From the NCBI GenBank assembly GCA_964016885.1, contig OZ024746.1, positions 23,932,001 through 23,996,000 of the forward strand: DNA of 64,000 nt, given 5' to 3'. The notes under the pieces are model-generated. The model saw nothing but the letters and a program-made list of their open reading frames with translations. It searched no databases and had not been told where the DNA came from. Both the position numbers and the translations under genes were made by a program. Positions 39,560-52,479 of this stretch are shown here, piece by piece (position 1 is the stretch's first letter; the number at the start of each line of letters is the position of its first letter). Source of the stretch: Eledone cirrhosa (taxonomy: Eukaryota).

Positions 39560-40696
39560 ATAAATGGCTTGTGAAGCTGTACAAGTGATGTATAGGGGAG
39601 CAGTCAGCAAAGTTAGCATTAGCAATGAGTATAGCGAGGAATTTAACGTACAGGTCGGTGTCCACCAGGGCTCTGTTCTTAGCCCTCTCCTGTTCATGAT
39701 AGTCCTGCAGGCAATAACGGAGGAATTTAAGACGGGATGCCCATGGGAACTCCTGTAAGCAGATGACCCCGCACTTATAGCTGAATCTATCGTAGAACTA
39801 GAGAAGAAATTCCAAACTTGGAAGAAGGGACTAGAAAGAAAGGGTCTCAAAGTCAACCTGACAAAGACTAAGGTCCTTGTAAATAGACGAGAAAACAGAA
39901 CCCAGATCCCTTCATGGAAATGGCCTTGCTCAGTATGTAGGAAAGGTGTAGGTAGGAATTCTATTCTCTGCCCCAAATGCAAATAATGGGTACACAAGAG
40001 ATGTAGTGGGATCTCAGGAAGCTTAACTAAGAATGTAGGCTTCACATGTAGCAGCTGTGCTGGGACAGCAAGCGGCAAACAGCCACAGGAAACAAGTACC
40101 ACCAAACTCTGGGAGGGCTCTGTAGAAACAGTAGACAGCTTCTGCTACCTAGATGACCGAATTAGCAGCAGAGGTGGGTGTTCGGAGAGTACAATAACTA
40201 GGGTAAGAACGGGATGGAAGAAGTTCAGGGAACTACTGCCACTGCTAGCTGCAAAAGGCTTTTTCCTCAAAATGAAAGGCAGACTGTATGATGTGTGTAT
40301 ACGAACAGCATGTTACATGGTAGTGAGACCTGGGCGCTGTCTGTGGAAGACTTGCGTAGATTAGAAAGAAACGAAGCCTGCATGCTCCGATGGATGTGTA
40401 ATAGTAATATACGCGAACAGCAAAGCATAAATGAATTGAGAGAGAGACTGAGCATAAGAGGAATCAAATGCTGTGTGCAGGAGAGGCGGTTGCATTGGTA
40501 TTGACATGTGATGCGTATGAAGGATGACAGCATAAAAAGATGCAGAGCACTAGAAATTGATGGAAACCGCGGAGTGGGGAGACCCAAGAAGACCTGGGAT
40601 GAGGTGATAAAAGCCGACCTTACCCAATTACACCTCTCAAAGGCGATGACACACGACCGTGACCTCTGGCGTCACGCAGTAATACAGAGTACCTGA
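39560..40696 (+). mobile_element. RTE-clade LINE fragment (decayed) in TEKT1 intron 2, followed by a SINE body 40700-40985
   Basis: GVHQGSVLSPLLF, GCPWELL*ADD, MLHGSETW, RGVGRPKKTW; premature stops. Confidence 0.9.
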
Positions 40697-41951
40697 CCTC
40701 AATATGCCCCCACACCCTCCCACTGCAAAGTGGTTGTGAAGGTGCCATGGCAAAAAAGCACCCAGCTCACTCTGTAAAGTGGACGTGTAGGCGCCACGGA
40801 AAAAAGCACCCAGCACTCACTGTAAATGAGGTTGGTGTTAGGAAGGGCATCCAGCTGTAGAAATCAAGCCAGAATCAGTTCCTGTATGAGCAAGATAAGG
40901 TCAGCCAACCGGACATTGCCCACAACAGGACAACCCGTCTAACCCATGCTAGCATGGAAGAACGGATGTAAAACGGTGATGATGATATATATATATGTGT
41001 GTGTGCATATAAATCATCATTATCATCATCATTTTACATCCGCTTTTCCCTGCTTGCAAGGGTGGGACAGGTCCTATTCAGCACAGCATCTCTCCTATAT
41101 ATAGGAAAATGTTCAAGACCCGATGTCAGAGCTCAAGTCAAACTTTTCAAGGGGTAATTCCATATATGGGCGTGCGATAATGATGCATTTCTGAAGATTG
41201 TAGTTGTGAAAAGGATTGGTCAAAATTTCTTGTAAACAATTAAATCTTTCATGGCGGTGGGTGGCTGAACTTGCCTGTAGAACAATGAGGGAGTGGGTTA
41301 AGCCGGTGGTCAACCATTGAAAGTGAATTCTATACACCAAATTCTAAGGAGTGTGGATGAATTAGGCTAGCTAGAAATCAGGCAAAAAAAGAATTCTAGA
41401 GGAATCTGAGAGTAGAAGTTATAAAATTAAAAAATTAAAAAGTAAATAAATTAAAAAATTAAAAAATGATGAATAAAAAGTAATATTAAAAAATTAAATA
41501 ATAAAAAATAATAAAAAAAACTAGAGTCTAAAACAGCTGCTATATTTTTATAATTCTATACTATATAGAATTTATGGGGGTGGGGGTACTGAGGCTACAA
41601 AAGCCCGATGGGCTGTCTCAGGGTAAGCGAAAGAGGAAGAAGGAAAAGAGAAAGGAGAGGGAGTGGAAGGCAGTGAGAAGAAGAGATAAGGGGAAAAAGA
41701 AAAGAATTACATCTACCTATGTATGCTGGGGTTTCCCCTATCTTGTTTGGCAAGTGGGGAAAAGAAGGATGTTACAGCCATTGTCTACCCACCCGGGTCA
41801 TGAGGGGGTTTGAGGGCGAGGTAAGTCCTACGCAATCGGTGTTTACATGTGGTTACAAGTTCGTCTTTTTTGTTTAGGAGTTGGTCCTTCATAAACAGCA
41901 TTTGTATTGTTTCCTCCGAGCATCCACCTGGATCCTTACCACACTTCCTTC

Positions 41952-41989
<38 letters not shown>

Positions 41990-41990
<1 letters not shown>

Positions 41991-42581
41991 TAGCTAAAGT
42001 ACCTGTCCTTTGGACGGTTCAAGTAGCTTTCGATGTAGCTCATTAAACTAAACAAAGTAAATTTGAATACATAGAAGAAAAACGTACTTTATGTAAACAT
42101 GAAAACCTTAGGCACTATTCCAGTGAAATAATTAATATGTGAGCTCGGTGTCATCCGTTATCCCATGTAACAACAGAAATCCAGTCTAGGTATAAATTTT
42201 TTTGACAACAGTAAAACCTTTTGTTTCAAGTACAAAGAGTAAAGTAAAATCCGAATGAGCCGAATTGTAATAATCAAAATCCCCAAACTAAACTTTTGAC
42301 ATCAAAAATGAGTTCCTATTGTATTGACGAAAGATAACTCTTGTCTTACTTAATCACGAAAATTGACACAAATAACTGAAACTTTTTTAATGTCTCCAAA
42401 GGCCCCAATATCGATTTTTGAAAGCCTTTGTAGATCATGTACAGGTTTTGTGCAAGGAGAAGCTCTGTAAAAAAATTTCAAAGAAATCGCATGAATGGTT
42501 TAGAATATATGAGCCCTCATTAAAAATTGTCCACACACACATACACACGTATACAGAAAACTAGATTTTTATATATACAGA
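41990..42581 (-). mobile_element. Non-autonomous Helitron
   Basis: Minus strand begins A|TCTGTATATATAAAA and ends CTAG|T, with a subterminal hairpin GTCC-AAA-GGAC and an internal (CA/TG) microsatellite near the 5' end. Confidence 0.7.
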
Positions 42582-43538
42582 TATACACTGTAAATGTGCC
42601 CACACTCTAAATGTGGTTGGTGTTAGGAAGGGCATCCAGCCATAGGAAACCTGCCAGATAGTCCTATATGAGCGAGACATGGTCACCCAACCAATCTTGC
42701 CTCAAGTGGGACAACTCCCGTCTAACCCATGCTAGCGTGGAAGATGGACGTTAAACGAAGATGATGATGATGATGATGATATATATAATGTGTATGTGTG
42801 TGCTTGTGTGTCTGCAACAACACACGACCACTTCCACCGACTCGCCCGCCCACATATGCCTGCACATGGATACACTGTCACAGTTTCACATGGGCACACA
42901 CACACTGACCTCCACGATCACATACAGTTGACCCCGTACACACATGGTCAGCTAACACTACTAATACTCACTAACTCCTCACAAATATCGGCAGAACACA
43001 CGTACAGTCTATAACTAACATGATTAACATTACTAAGTCACCCTACCCCACCACACATACCTATGCATATATATATGTGTGTGCGTGTGTGCATGCACAC
43101 ATCACCAACACTACCACCATCACCACAAAAAGCTTATACACACACTACCACATGCACCATCACCTTCGACAACATACAAACATTTCCACTAACACACCCA
43201 CTCACATACACCTGCACATGGATACACTGGCACATCCACATAGTGGCATGTGGATGTGCACACATGCACACACACATACACATGCATGCATGCACAAAGT
43301 TGGCCCCGTTCACACACGACCAGCTATACCTGCACGTGTATGTTTGTGCATCCATGCACATGACATCCCAATATGTTGAAGTGAAATTGAACTGCTGCAT
43401 GGGTTTTTATTGGCAACATGACCCTCCAAAGAATATCAATATCTGTTTCAATACACGTTTCCATATAAAATATCTTGCAAAGCAAATACAAATATGAAAT
43501 CAACTGTTTGATATTAGGAATTAGTAGTAAGACATTAC

Positions 43539-43704
43539 CTGGCCATCAGACATTGTTTGCTGATTTTTAGTGAGCTGCTATAGTCTTCAACTCCCATCTC
43601 TATTCTACGTTGAAAGGTGTCAAGATACTCTATTTCTTCTGCAATATCATCTAATTTCTTATCTATCTCAGACTTCCAGAATTTTAAATCATCAAGTCTC
43701 TGAT
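43539..43704 (-). CDS. TEKT1: Tektin-1 exon 2 (DQRLDDLKFWKSEIDKKLDDIAEEIEYLDTFQRRIEMGVEDYSSSLKISKQCLMAR)
   Basis: ctccag acceptor and AG|GTAATG donor, 166 nt; tektin 'QRL....FWK.E' motif. Confidence 0.92.
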
Positions 43705-44607
43705 CTGGAGCATGGCAAAAAACAAAAGAAATAATGTTGATATAATAGGAAAACACAGGACACAGTTGTGGAGAACGACCTCAAGAATCTGGACCTCACA
43801 AAGGAAATGGAACAAGACTGAGCAAACTGCTGATATGTCATGATACAAAAGACCCATCCACCAGTACAAGCAGTGTGACACTAAAAGTAAATGTGGTGAA
43901 AGACCAGAGGCTATACTGCCTGGAAATCAAATGGAGACAATATATGGTTGAGAGAATTTTTTGTCAGGCTGAGCATAGAAGAATCTCTCTAGTGCTGGTG
44001 CCACTACAAAATGCACCCAGGTCACACTTTAAAGGGTAGTATTGATGTCATGATAAAATGCACCCAGTCAACTCAGCAAAGTGGTAATGCTGATGCCATG
44101 ATAAAATGCAACCAATGCACTCTGTAAAGTGGTTGGTATTAGGAAGGACATCCAGCCATAGAAAGCAAGAACAAAACAGAGTCTATGAGCCAGACATGGT
44201 CACCTGACTTGTCTAGCCTCAGTACATGACAACTCATCTAACCCATACATGGACGGAAAATAAATGTTAAATGGTAAAGATGATGATAATGATACATTTC
44301 AGCTCTATGATATATTAGTAGTGTACCATTTTAGATCTCAGCACTCAGAGTTTCCCCTCTAATCTTCCCAGGAATGGATTAAGACAAAGATTACAGCAAA
44401 TATTCTGATCAGTGTAGTTACTAAATATATATATATATATATATTATTGGTCACCCCAGTCTCGGCACCACAGACTATATGACTATATATATATTGTTGG
44501 TCTCCCCAGTCTTGGCACCACAGACTTTAAACCCATGCAAGCGTGGAAGATGGACGTTAAACGATGATGATATATTGATCTTCCTGGTCTCAACACTGCA
44601 GACTTTA

Positions 44608-44790
44608 TTATCATCATCATCATTTTACGTCCGCTTTTCCCTGCTTGCAAGGAGGGGGGGGGGGGGGACAGGTCCTATTCAGCACAGCATCTCTCCACTT
44701 GTCACGGTCCTTCGTCATCTCCTCCGTGAGCTTCAGCGATCTGAGGTTTGCTCTCACCACCTCCGCCCATGTATTTCGTGGTCTTCCTCT
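44608..44790 (-). mobile_element. RTE LINE extreme 3' fragment
   Basis: RGRPRNTWAEVVRANLRSLKLTEEMTKDRDKWRDAVLNRT is nearly identical to the 3' end of the 60758-62245 element. A shorter copy lies at ~41015-41095. Confidence 0.85.
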
Positions 44791-45614
44791 AATATATATA
44801 TATATATATTTCAATGTTATGATATATTGGCAATGTTCAGATATCTAACAAGCCTGGGTGTTATAATCAGTGATACACTAGAATTTTTATGTAATCTGGT
44901 TGGTATCTGTACAGGAGAGAATGTTTTCCAAATGCTTGAGGTTTCTGATGTTTTCTTCTTTTGGTTTACTGTGTAGTTGTTTTTATTTATTTACTTATTC
45001 ACAAGAGCAGCCAGGAAATATCTTTTCCTTCTCATCCAAGGTGAACTGTATGATATATTTTACATTTCCTTTCATATCATACAGATAACAATTTAAAAAC
45101 TGGTATGGCTTATTACCAGATCCTACAAAATTTTACACTATTCCCCAATATTTTACACACACACACACACATAACATCCCAATCTCCTTGCTTTCCTTTC
45201 TTCCATTTGTTGGTATTGTTACTTCAATGTTTATAGCTCCATTTGTATTGTAGTATCTTTCTAAAGCTAACTCCTCTTTCTGTACCCTAATCATCATCAC
45301 CATTATCATCTAGTCATCTAACCAATGCCAGTGTGGAAAATGGACGTAAAATGGTGACATGATGATATATATATATATATACAAATAGCATGGAAGATGG
45401 ACATTAAACGATGATGATGTTGATATATATATGATTTAATGTTAAGACAGATGTTGCATAATCGTATTTATTGGATACATATTTCAGTGTCACCAATGTG
45501 GAGCTGTTATGTGATCATTACAACAGCAACTGGCACCAGTGTGACATCATCAGATGTTAACACAATTATGTGGAGGAGTTGATACACCACAAGCAAACGC
45601 TTCCATAGATAGAC

Positions 45615-45660
<46 letters not shown>

Positions 45661-47297
45661 AGAAAGAGAGAGAGAGAGACATTTATATAAATCTTCAGTT
45701 GTGTCAAAAACATGACAACCTATCTAGTGTTGGTGATTCAATGAACCACATCAATTACTTTGGGTGGTTGGTGATAAGGAGGGCATCCAACTTTAGAAAC
45801 TATGCCAAGCAAAGGTTTGTGAGGACTCTTTAGTTGTGTCAAAAATACGACAATTTCCCCAGTGCAGGTGCCATAATAAAATGCACCTGCTGGGAAAAAA
45901 TAAAACATGTGACTCTAACAAGATGTGGATCCTGGCCTGTCTGAGAGGTCAGTACCTCAGATTAAGTACTGACTTGGTCTGTGACAACCTGTTCAATCCT
46001 TGCTAGCAGAGAATGCAGATGTAAATGATGATAAAGATGGTAATGGCGATGGTGATAATGATATTAGTATTATTAGCTATAAATAAATGATAGTGTTTGC
46101 AAATTTAGATAAACTTCTATGGCATGCGGAAATAACTATCTTGACATTTGTTGCCAAGCCACTCACCAGAGAAAGAAATATTAATTTTATCATTGTTTAT
46201 CATAACACTGAGAATTAAGATAAACACCTATGTTGCAGTACATACTGTAACTATGATAGAATGAAGATTGTATCATATAGTTAGCTACCCTATGATGAAC
46301 TAACACATTGTTAATTGATCTGGTTTATTTTTAGTTTATGCTATGCACTAATGTTTCATGAAAAATAAAACACAACTGCAGCATTTAAAAAATCAATCAA
46401 TCAATCAAGAAACCAAAAAGAAACATTGTTATGTAACAATTTTATATTATAGTTTTGATCATAAACAGTGAATTGGCAGAGTCGTCCAACCCAAGCTAGT
46501 AAGAAAGACAGATGTTAAATGATGACAATGATATTAGAACATCAGATAAAATGTGTTGTGCTATTTGTTAAGTGGAATATCATGGCCTGGTGGTAAAGCT
46601 GTTGGACGTACAATCATAATTTTGTGGGTTTGATTCCTGGACTGGGATGTGTGTTGTAATTCTTGAGCACTTAATTCAACAATGTTGCTCCAGTATACTC
46701 AGCTGAAAATAAGTACCAGCAATAGCTGAGGGTTCAACCCTGTAATGGACTGACATCTTGTACTCTCAGTTGCTTAATGCCGCCACAGAAACTCGGATAA
46801 GCACCATCCTGATAAGACTCCAGGTTCAAGACAGACTTTGTTCTGGTGGTCTGCACCCTGAGCCCTAATCCTGTCAAGGTCAACTTTCCTTGCTAGCAGA
46901 CTAACTCAGTACTGAAGTGGGGCTACTAACCTCTCAGGCAGGCCAGTGGTGTCATGATGAAATGCACCCAGTACACTCTGTAAAGTGGTATCTCCCAACA
47001 AGTATTAACACCGTCCATAATGATCCATCCAACCCATTCAAGCATTGAAAAGGGATGATGATGATAATGATGATATTGATGGTGGTAGTTGTGATAATAA
47101 TGACAATGATGATGATGGTGGTGATGATGATGACATTGGGTAAGATGATGACAACAATCCTGCTGATGATAACGATGATGTTGCTTCTAGCGCTACTGTA
47201 GCTGATGATGATTGGTGATGACAGTGACAATGCTGATGATGATGGTGATGATAGTGATGATGATGATGAAATGATATAAAAACAAATGAATGTTTAC

Positions 47298-47487
47298 CTA
47301 TTTTTTTATTGACATCTTTCTGTGTTTTCGTGGTTTGTGCATCAATTTCATCTTTGAGACGTAGTGACTCAGCTATCAATCTCTCTGTTTTTTGCCTTTC
47401 ATTATTGGCAGTAGCATATTTCTTCAAGTTGGAACATAACCAGTCTTCATGGGTAAATATTGGTAAAGATTTGTCCAACCTGACCAT
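47298..47487 (-). CDS. TEKT1: Tektin-1 coding exon 1 (MVRLDKSLPIFTHEDWLCSNLKKYATANNERQKTERLIAESLRLKDEIDAQTTKTQKDVNKKI)
   Basis: Similar to the tektin-1 N-terminus (F...W...N...Y..A...R...ERL.AES.RL.DEI...T...Q.DVNKK); G|GTAAAC donor; 190 nt. Confidence 0.9.
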
Positions 47488-47778
47488 TATATAATTGATA
47501 AGAAGTTTAAGCATAACAGAGTATATAAATATGTATTAACATGACAAAAAGCGCCCAGCCAACACTGTAAAGTGGTCGTTTTGGTGCCACGATGAATAGC
47601 ACCTAGTCCACACTGTAAATGTGGTTGGTATTAGCAAGGGCATCCAGCCATAGAAACCAAGCCAGAAACAGTTCTGTATGAGTAAGATACAGTCACCTGA
47701 CCATACTTGTCTCACAACAGGTTAACTCACGTAACCCATGCTAGTGTGGAAAAATGGATGTTAAACATTGATGACATA

Positions 47779-47818
<40 letters not shown>

Positions 47819-48409
47819 GGTGTGTGTGTATACATATATATATATATGAAAATTGAAATGGCTAACCAAACACACATGTGCTTTCTCTCCAAAATATTGT
47901 TTTTCTGTTCTTTCCTCTTCTCACTCTCATCTTTCTAATTCTTCTTTTATTTCTCATTCTATCTTCTGATGATGGTCTAATGTCCAAAACGTTATCACTC
48001 TTTTCCTGCTATATCAAGCATTAAAATGATATTTATCTTCAATCTACTGTATTGTTTTGCTGTGGTGTTCATCCATTTCTTTATTGCATATATATATAGA
48101 GAGACCCTTTCAATCATAACTAGCCATGGGTTTTCTCCTGTAAAGTTCTTCTTCAAGATGCCAGTCTATTTTATCAAAAGACCAGCAGTCTCCCTTCTGC
48201 AAGTCATCAGTGTTGTCCAAGGGAAAGGCATAGACTGATACAGCCTGGCATCCGTGTCATTGCAACTTTTGCATTTTTCCAGCTAAGCTGGAGTCACGTG
48301 AAATAAAGTGTCTTATTCAAGAACACACGGCACCACCTGGACAGGGAATCAAAATCAAGACCTTATGATTGAGAGCCTAACACTCTGAGTCACATGTCTT
48401 TACAACGCA

Positions 48410-48469
<60 letters not shown>

Positions 48470-48558
48470 GTGGAATACTGGAAGGTAATATCCGTAGTGG
48501 TAGAGCACTCAGTCCATGGGACGAGTTAGGTAGAAGTGGTTACACAACAGTTAGTTCA

Positions 48559-48608
48559 CCATACCGAGAACAATTGTTTCACCTTAGTGGATCCTCAGCT
48601 CGGAATGG
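48559..48608 (-). ncRNA. Type-I hammerhead ribozyme in the PLE 3' pLTR
   Basis: Minus strand: CCAUUCCGAG-CUGAGGA-UCCACUAAGGU-GAAAC-AAUU-GUU-CUCGGUAUGG. Stem I has 9 of 10 pairs, the core is intact, and stem III is short and palindromic. Confidence 0.8.
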
Positions 48609-50668
48609 GCATGGTTATAGGAACAGGAAGGACAACCGTACGAACGCGCATGCGCAGAAACCCGGTCACTTCACACAGGCAATACTAGACTGCGTGTGAG
48701 AGATGTAAGGGAGATAACTGCGAAAGTCCGAAAAGTTTTTAGGTTGAAAATAAAATTACAAAGAATCAGTCCGGAGCCTTGTAGTTATGCAATAGGTGTT
48801 TGGCAACGTGTGGACAACGTGTGAAAAATTCATTTCTCGTGTTTAGGCAATCACTATTGCGTAATCTCTTTAGAATAGTTATTCGTTCGTCAATACATAA
48901 GCCACACGTTGGATTTTCCCTTGCGTATGGCTTGGACTTAATGATGGCTTTCCATTGAATGGAGTATCTATACTTGAGTCCTTGAGGGAACATACGTGGC
49001 TCGTGAGTTTCATGGATGAACGTCTGTCCGGGTACTTGAAGGTAGATTGGTGGTTCAGGAAATGTTCCTTAAATCGGCCCTCCGCCATGCCCACATAGGA
49101 TTTGACCTCCTGTGGCTCGTTTGGTCGGTTGGAAGTGACCACAGCTTCATAAATTACAGCTGGTGTGTTGCATTGCTGTTGAAGGGGGCAAGCTTCAGGC
49201 TTACGACAAGAGCACCCTGGTGGGGTGTTGCTCCTAGGGCTGCTGGTGATGTGGGCCTTCATGTTCTTAGTGCAGGAGTATCCTAGTTTAACTTTGTGTC
49301 GGTTAAAGATGGAGCTGTATTTATGACCTATGGGAAAGTGTCTATCTAAGAGAGCTAGAAATTTTTTTCCTACATTGGTTTTAACGTTGAGTGAGAAGGG
49401 AGGAGAGAACAAGATAGTTTGTTTATTGTTGCGCTTACTTTTCTTATTGCTGTTGTTGCTAGTGGGAGAGTAAGTGATAGGTTGTGAGAGGCCGCTGTTA
49501 GCCAACGCCGTGTTATAGTAGGGTGCCGCCCTGTCAAATATAGCCTTATTAGAGGAGAGGTTTGAGATTCTAGTATTGATATTCTTAACGAAGTTTCTAA
49601 AAACAATGGGAGGGTGGCATGAGTCCTTTTGAATGTAATTGAGTTTCTCGTTTAGCTTATGGAAGGGTCTGTAGGTGTGTGTGCGAAGGTCTAAATTAAT
49701 GTCTAAGAAATCTACGCTAGAGAGGTTGGTGGCTTCTGTTATCCTAAGTCCTAACTCATTGAAGGTAGAAGCTAAGTGTTTTTTAAACCGGTCGAGGTCG
49801 TGACCACTTTTATGGCTCGATAAAGTCAGCCCATTGTCGCGGTATATTCCCGTGTGGAAGTCAGGGAATCTAACACGTAATATGTCTAAAATAAATAGGC
49901 CAACCAAGTCACATACGTCAGCACTGTCAAACGATCCCATGGAGACGTCAAATAGGTCTGAAGTTGTAGACTTCTTTGCCCAGGCTACTCCGTCGTTGAA
50001 GAGGAGGGTTTTCCGGCAGTGAGCGATGATTTCCCTGTCTAAACCATCGACGGTGGTATAAGTGGTAGCGAAGTCCAACGCTTTGAAATCGACGGGTAAA
50101 AATCGACAATGTCAAACTGTGTGAACTTCGCTTTTTTGGATTTTAAGGAGTTAAACCACTTAATTACGGAGTCGCTGTTCTCCCACTGCGGCAGGTTGGA
50201 CTTGGTCTTAATGGTCTTAACTATGTTTCTAAGTATGGCCTTACTGACTAGTGCCATATCTGTGCGTGCTGAGTTTATTAGTCTACATGTGGGGTTAGAA
50301 GTAAAGTCTACCTTGTGATCTTTCAGGGTGAGGAACGCCTCCCGCTTAGCTAGAGATTGTAGCTTCTTATCTACCTTAAGGTCGGTGGCAAGTTCCTTGG
50401 CTTCTGTATTAATGTCGTGGTAGGCCATAGGGTTAGCTTTCTTATATTTAGAAGTAATAGCGTTATGGGCCAGGTGGCGGAAAGTGGTGTTGTCAACTTC
50501 GTAAATATTATTAGTTTTGTCGGAAAGAACGTAGGTGTTATTAGAAGACCTAAATTTCTTAATATCATTTCTGAGTTTCGCACGCAGTCTAGTATTGCCT
50601 GTGCGAAGTGACCGGGTTTCTGCGCATGCACGGTCGTACGGTTGTCCTACCTGTTCCTATAACCATGC

Positions 50669-50718
50669 CCATTCCAAGCTGAGGATCCGCTAAGGTGAAA
50701 CAATTGTTCTCAGTATGG
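50669..50718 (+). ncRNA. Second hammerhead copy in the inverted pLTR (stem I weakened)
   Basis: CCATTCCAAG-CTGAGGA-TCCGCTAAGGT-GAAAC-AATT-GTT-CTCAGTATGG; two G>A changes break stem I pairs. Confidence 0.65.
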
Positions 50719-50741
50719 TGAACTAACTGTTGTGTAACCAC

Positions 50742-50789
<48 letters not shown>

Positions 50790-51912
50790 GGAGAGAGACA
50801 GACAGACAGAGAGAGGGGGAGTGAGTATATATATATACATATATATAAATTTGAGTATGTGTTGGTTGGTGGCCGACACTTCAGTATGCAGGGTAGACCA
50901 CTCAAAGAAGTGCACAGGTGGGTCTGTTCACTCCGGAGTAATTTAAAAACAAGAAGTGTAAGTCAACAGGTTAAAATTAACATTGTTTATTCATATTCGC
51001 TGTAATATATATTTTGGTGATAACTATTATTCAACAGCTATGACCTCATCAGACAGAAAAAACCCCCAGAAAAACATAGTGGTGAGGCAACGTCTACCTC
51101 CGTTATTTTGGTCCTTTGATATGCCCTGTCCTGAAGTATAGTGTTGTTTTGTCATATACATACGTAAATAAGACCGTTATTGCTCCAACAAGTCTACTAA
51201 ACCTCAGTAAACAGGCTAAATCGAAAGCCGGTCTGTTCCCATGACTCCTGCCAAACAAACAGTACTCATCTTCCAAATTCGTTGAATCAAACATTCTCTC
51301 ATTCCATTCTCTCTCTATATATATCATTTTATATCTGCTTGATCACACGCACATAGACAGGTGGATACATACACAAAAAATACACAGTTTCTTCTTTAAT
51401 GAGTAGTATCATAAGCTTGAAAGTCAGTGTAATACGTACGTAAAGAGCAAAGCGTCTAGTGGAAGATCTGGAGATAAGATACAATAACAAGGGATGGATA
51501 TGAAGCTAACCACTAGCTTCAAAACAAATATATTTTACCATATGTATTGAGTACACATTGTGTCGTTTGTAAAATGAAAAACGTGTGTGTGTGTATGAAT
51601 GCATATTTTTTTCTTTTCGTACACACATACACCTATAGATTTATATATAAAATATATATACTATCAACTGCCAGCGACATATCAAACATATCGATTTTCA
51701 TCTGAGGATACTGTTCTCACAATCAACAGCAAATGCATGAAGGACATCTCAATTGCATGGAGAACCGTGGAAGTAATTATTATGATTAAACGATATATGT
51801 AACCTCAGCATCTTATTTTGTTATTTTTATAAAATTCCCCATCGTAACTAAAAACGATTGTTGAGAGCTTTCTCCTGCTAACTCTTGTTTTTACCAAAAC
51901 AATCTTTTCCGA

Positions 51913-51964
<52 letters not shown>

Positions 51965-51971
<7 letters not shown>

Positions 51972-52112
51972 GTTCCACCATTTCCGAGAACGGATGATCC
52001 GTTTGAGGTGAAATAAATTGTTCTCGGAAATGGTGTATTAATTGTTGTGTAACTATTTCTACCAAACTTGTCCCATGGACTGAGTGTTCAGTTCCACCAG
52101 TGTTCTACCACT
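51965..52112 (+). mobile_element. Solo pLTR of a related Penelope-like family with decayed hammerhead
   Basis: Similar to the reverse complement of 48467-48610 (cccatggactgagtg...taccacta end). Core CGGATGA...GAAAT; lies between (TA)n tracts. Confidence 0.7.
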
Positions 52113-52245
52113 ATATATATATATATATATATATATCGTCGTTTAGCAACTTTTATGATAAAAATTTAAAGAAAAAAATCAAAATATTTTACCCAAATTT
52201 TCTTTCCATCACGACAAGCGAAGAGTTTGCTATTTATTGTGTGAC

Positions 52246-52259
52246 GTTACCATAGAGAC
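52246..52259. promoter_or_regulatory. Candidate RFX X-box upstream of TEKT1
   Basis: GTTACCATAGAGAC fits the X-box pattern, with a second X-box-like GTCGTTTAGCAAC at 52138-52150. It lies 4.8 kb 5' of the TEKT1 ATG in a non-repetitive island. Confidence 0.4.
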
Positions 52260-52445
52260 ACATAAACAACCACTTACTATTCCCGTAGCCATCATCATTA
52301 TGTAACAATCATTTTCATTGGCTAACATTTTAGTCCGTAATCTGTCACACCTGCAAAGCGTTAATTGTCTTGCACGCCCCTCTCTTAAGAGTATGTGTGT
52401 GTGTGTATATATATATGCGTACATGTATACACACACACATATTTG

Positions 52446-52479
<34 letters not shown>

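Larger units (their letters stand above)
48467..50744 (-). mobile_element. Penelope-like retroelement (Naiad-type), 5'-truncated with inverted partial pLTR; RT + GIY-YIG ORF broken by frameshifts
   Basis: RT motifs QFDIVDFYPSI, MGSFDSADVCDLVGLFIL, GIYRDNGL, VDFLD. GIY-YIG as VIY...YVG...F..H. CxCx5C, CxxC and CxH cysteine motifs. 48531-48700 is repeated inverted at ~50577-50746, and the element is flanked by (TA)n on both sides. Confidence 0.9.

Noticed and set aside
42790-43497. His/Thr-rich ORFs of 74-144 aa
   Set aside because: Degenerate (CA)n-rich low-complexity intron sequence.
47038-47297. Poly-His/Ser extension of the 158-aa ORF
   Set aside because: Read-through past the TEKT1 exon 1 donor into a (GAT)n intronic tract.
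48766-49230. Possible selenoprotein-type Naiad (TGA at conserved Cys)
   Set aside because: The CxCx5C, CxxC and CxH positions translate as ordinary Cys; the ORF breaks are frameshifts, not in-frame TGA at these sites.
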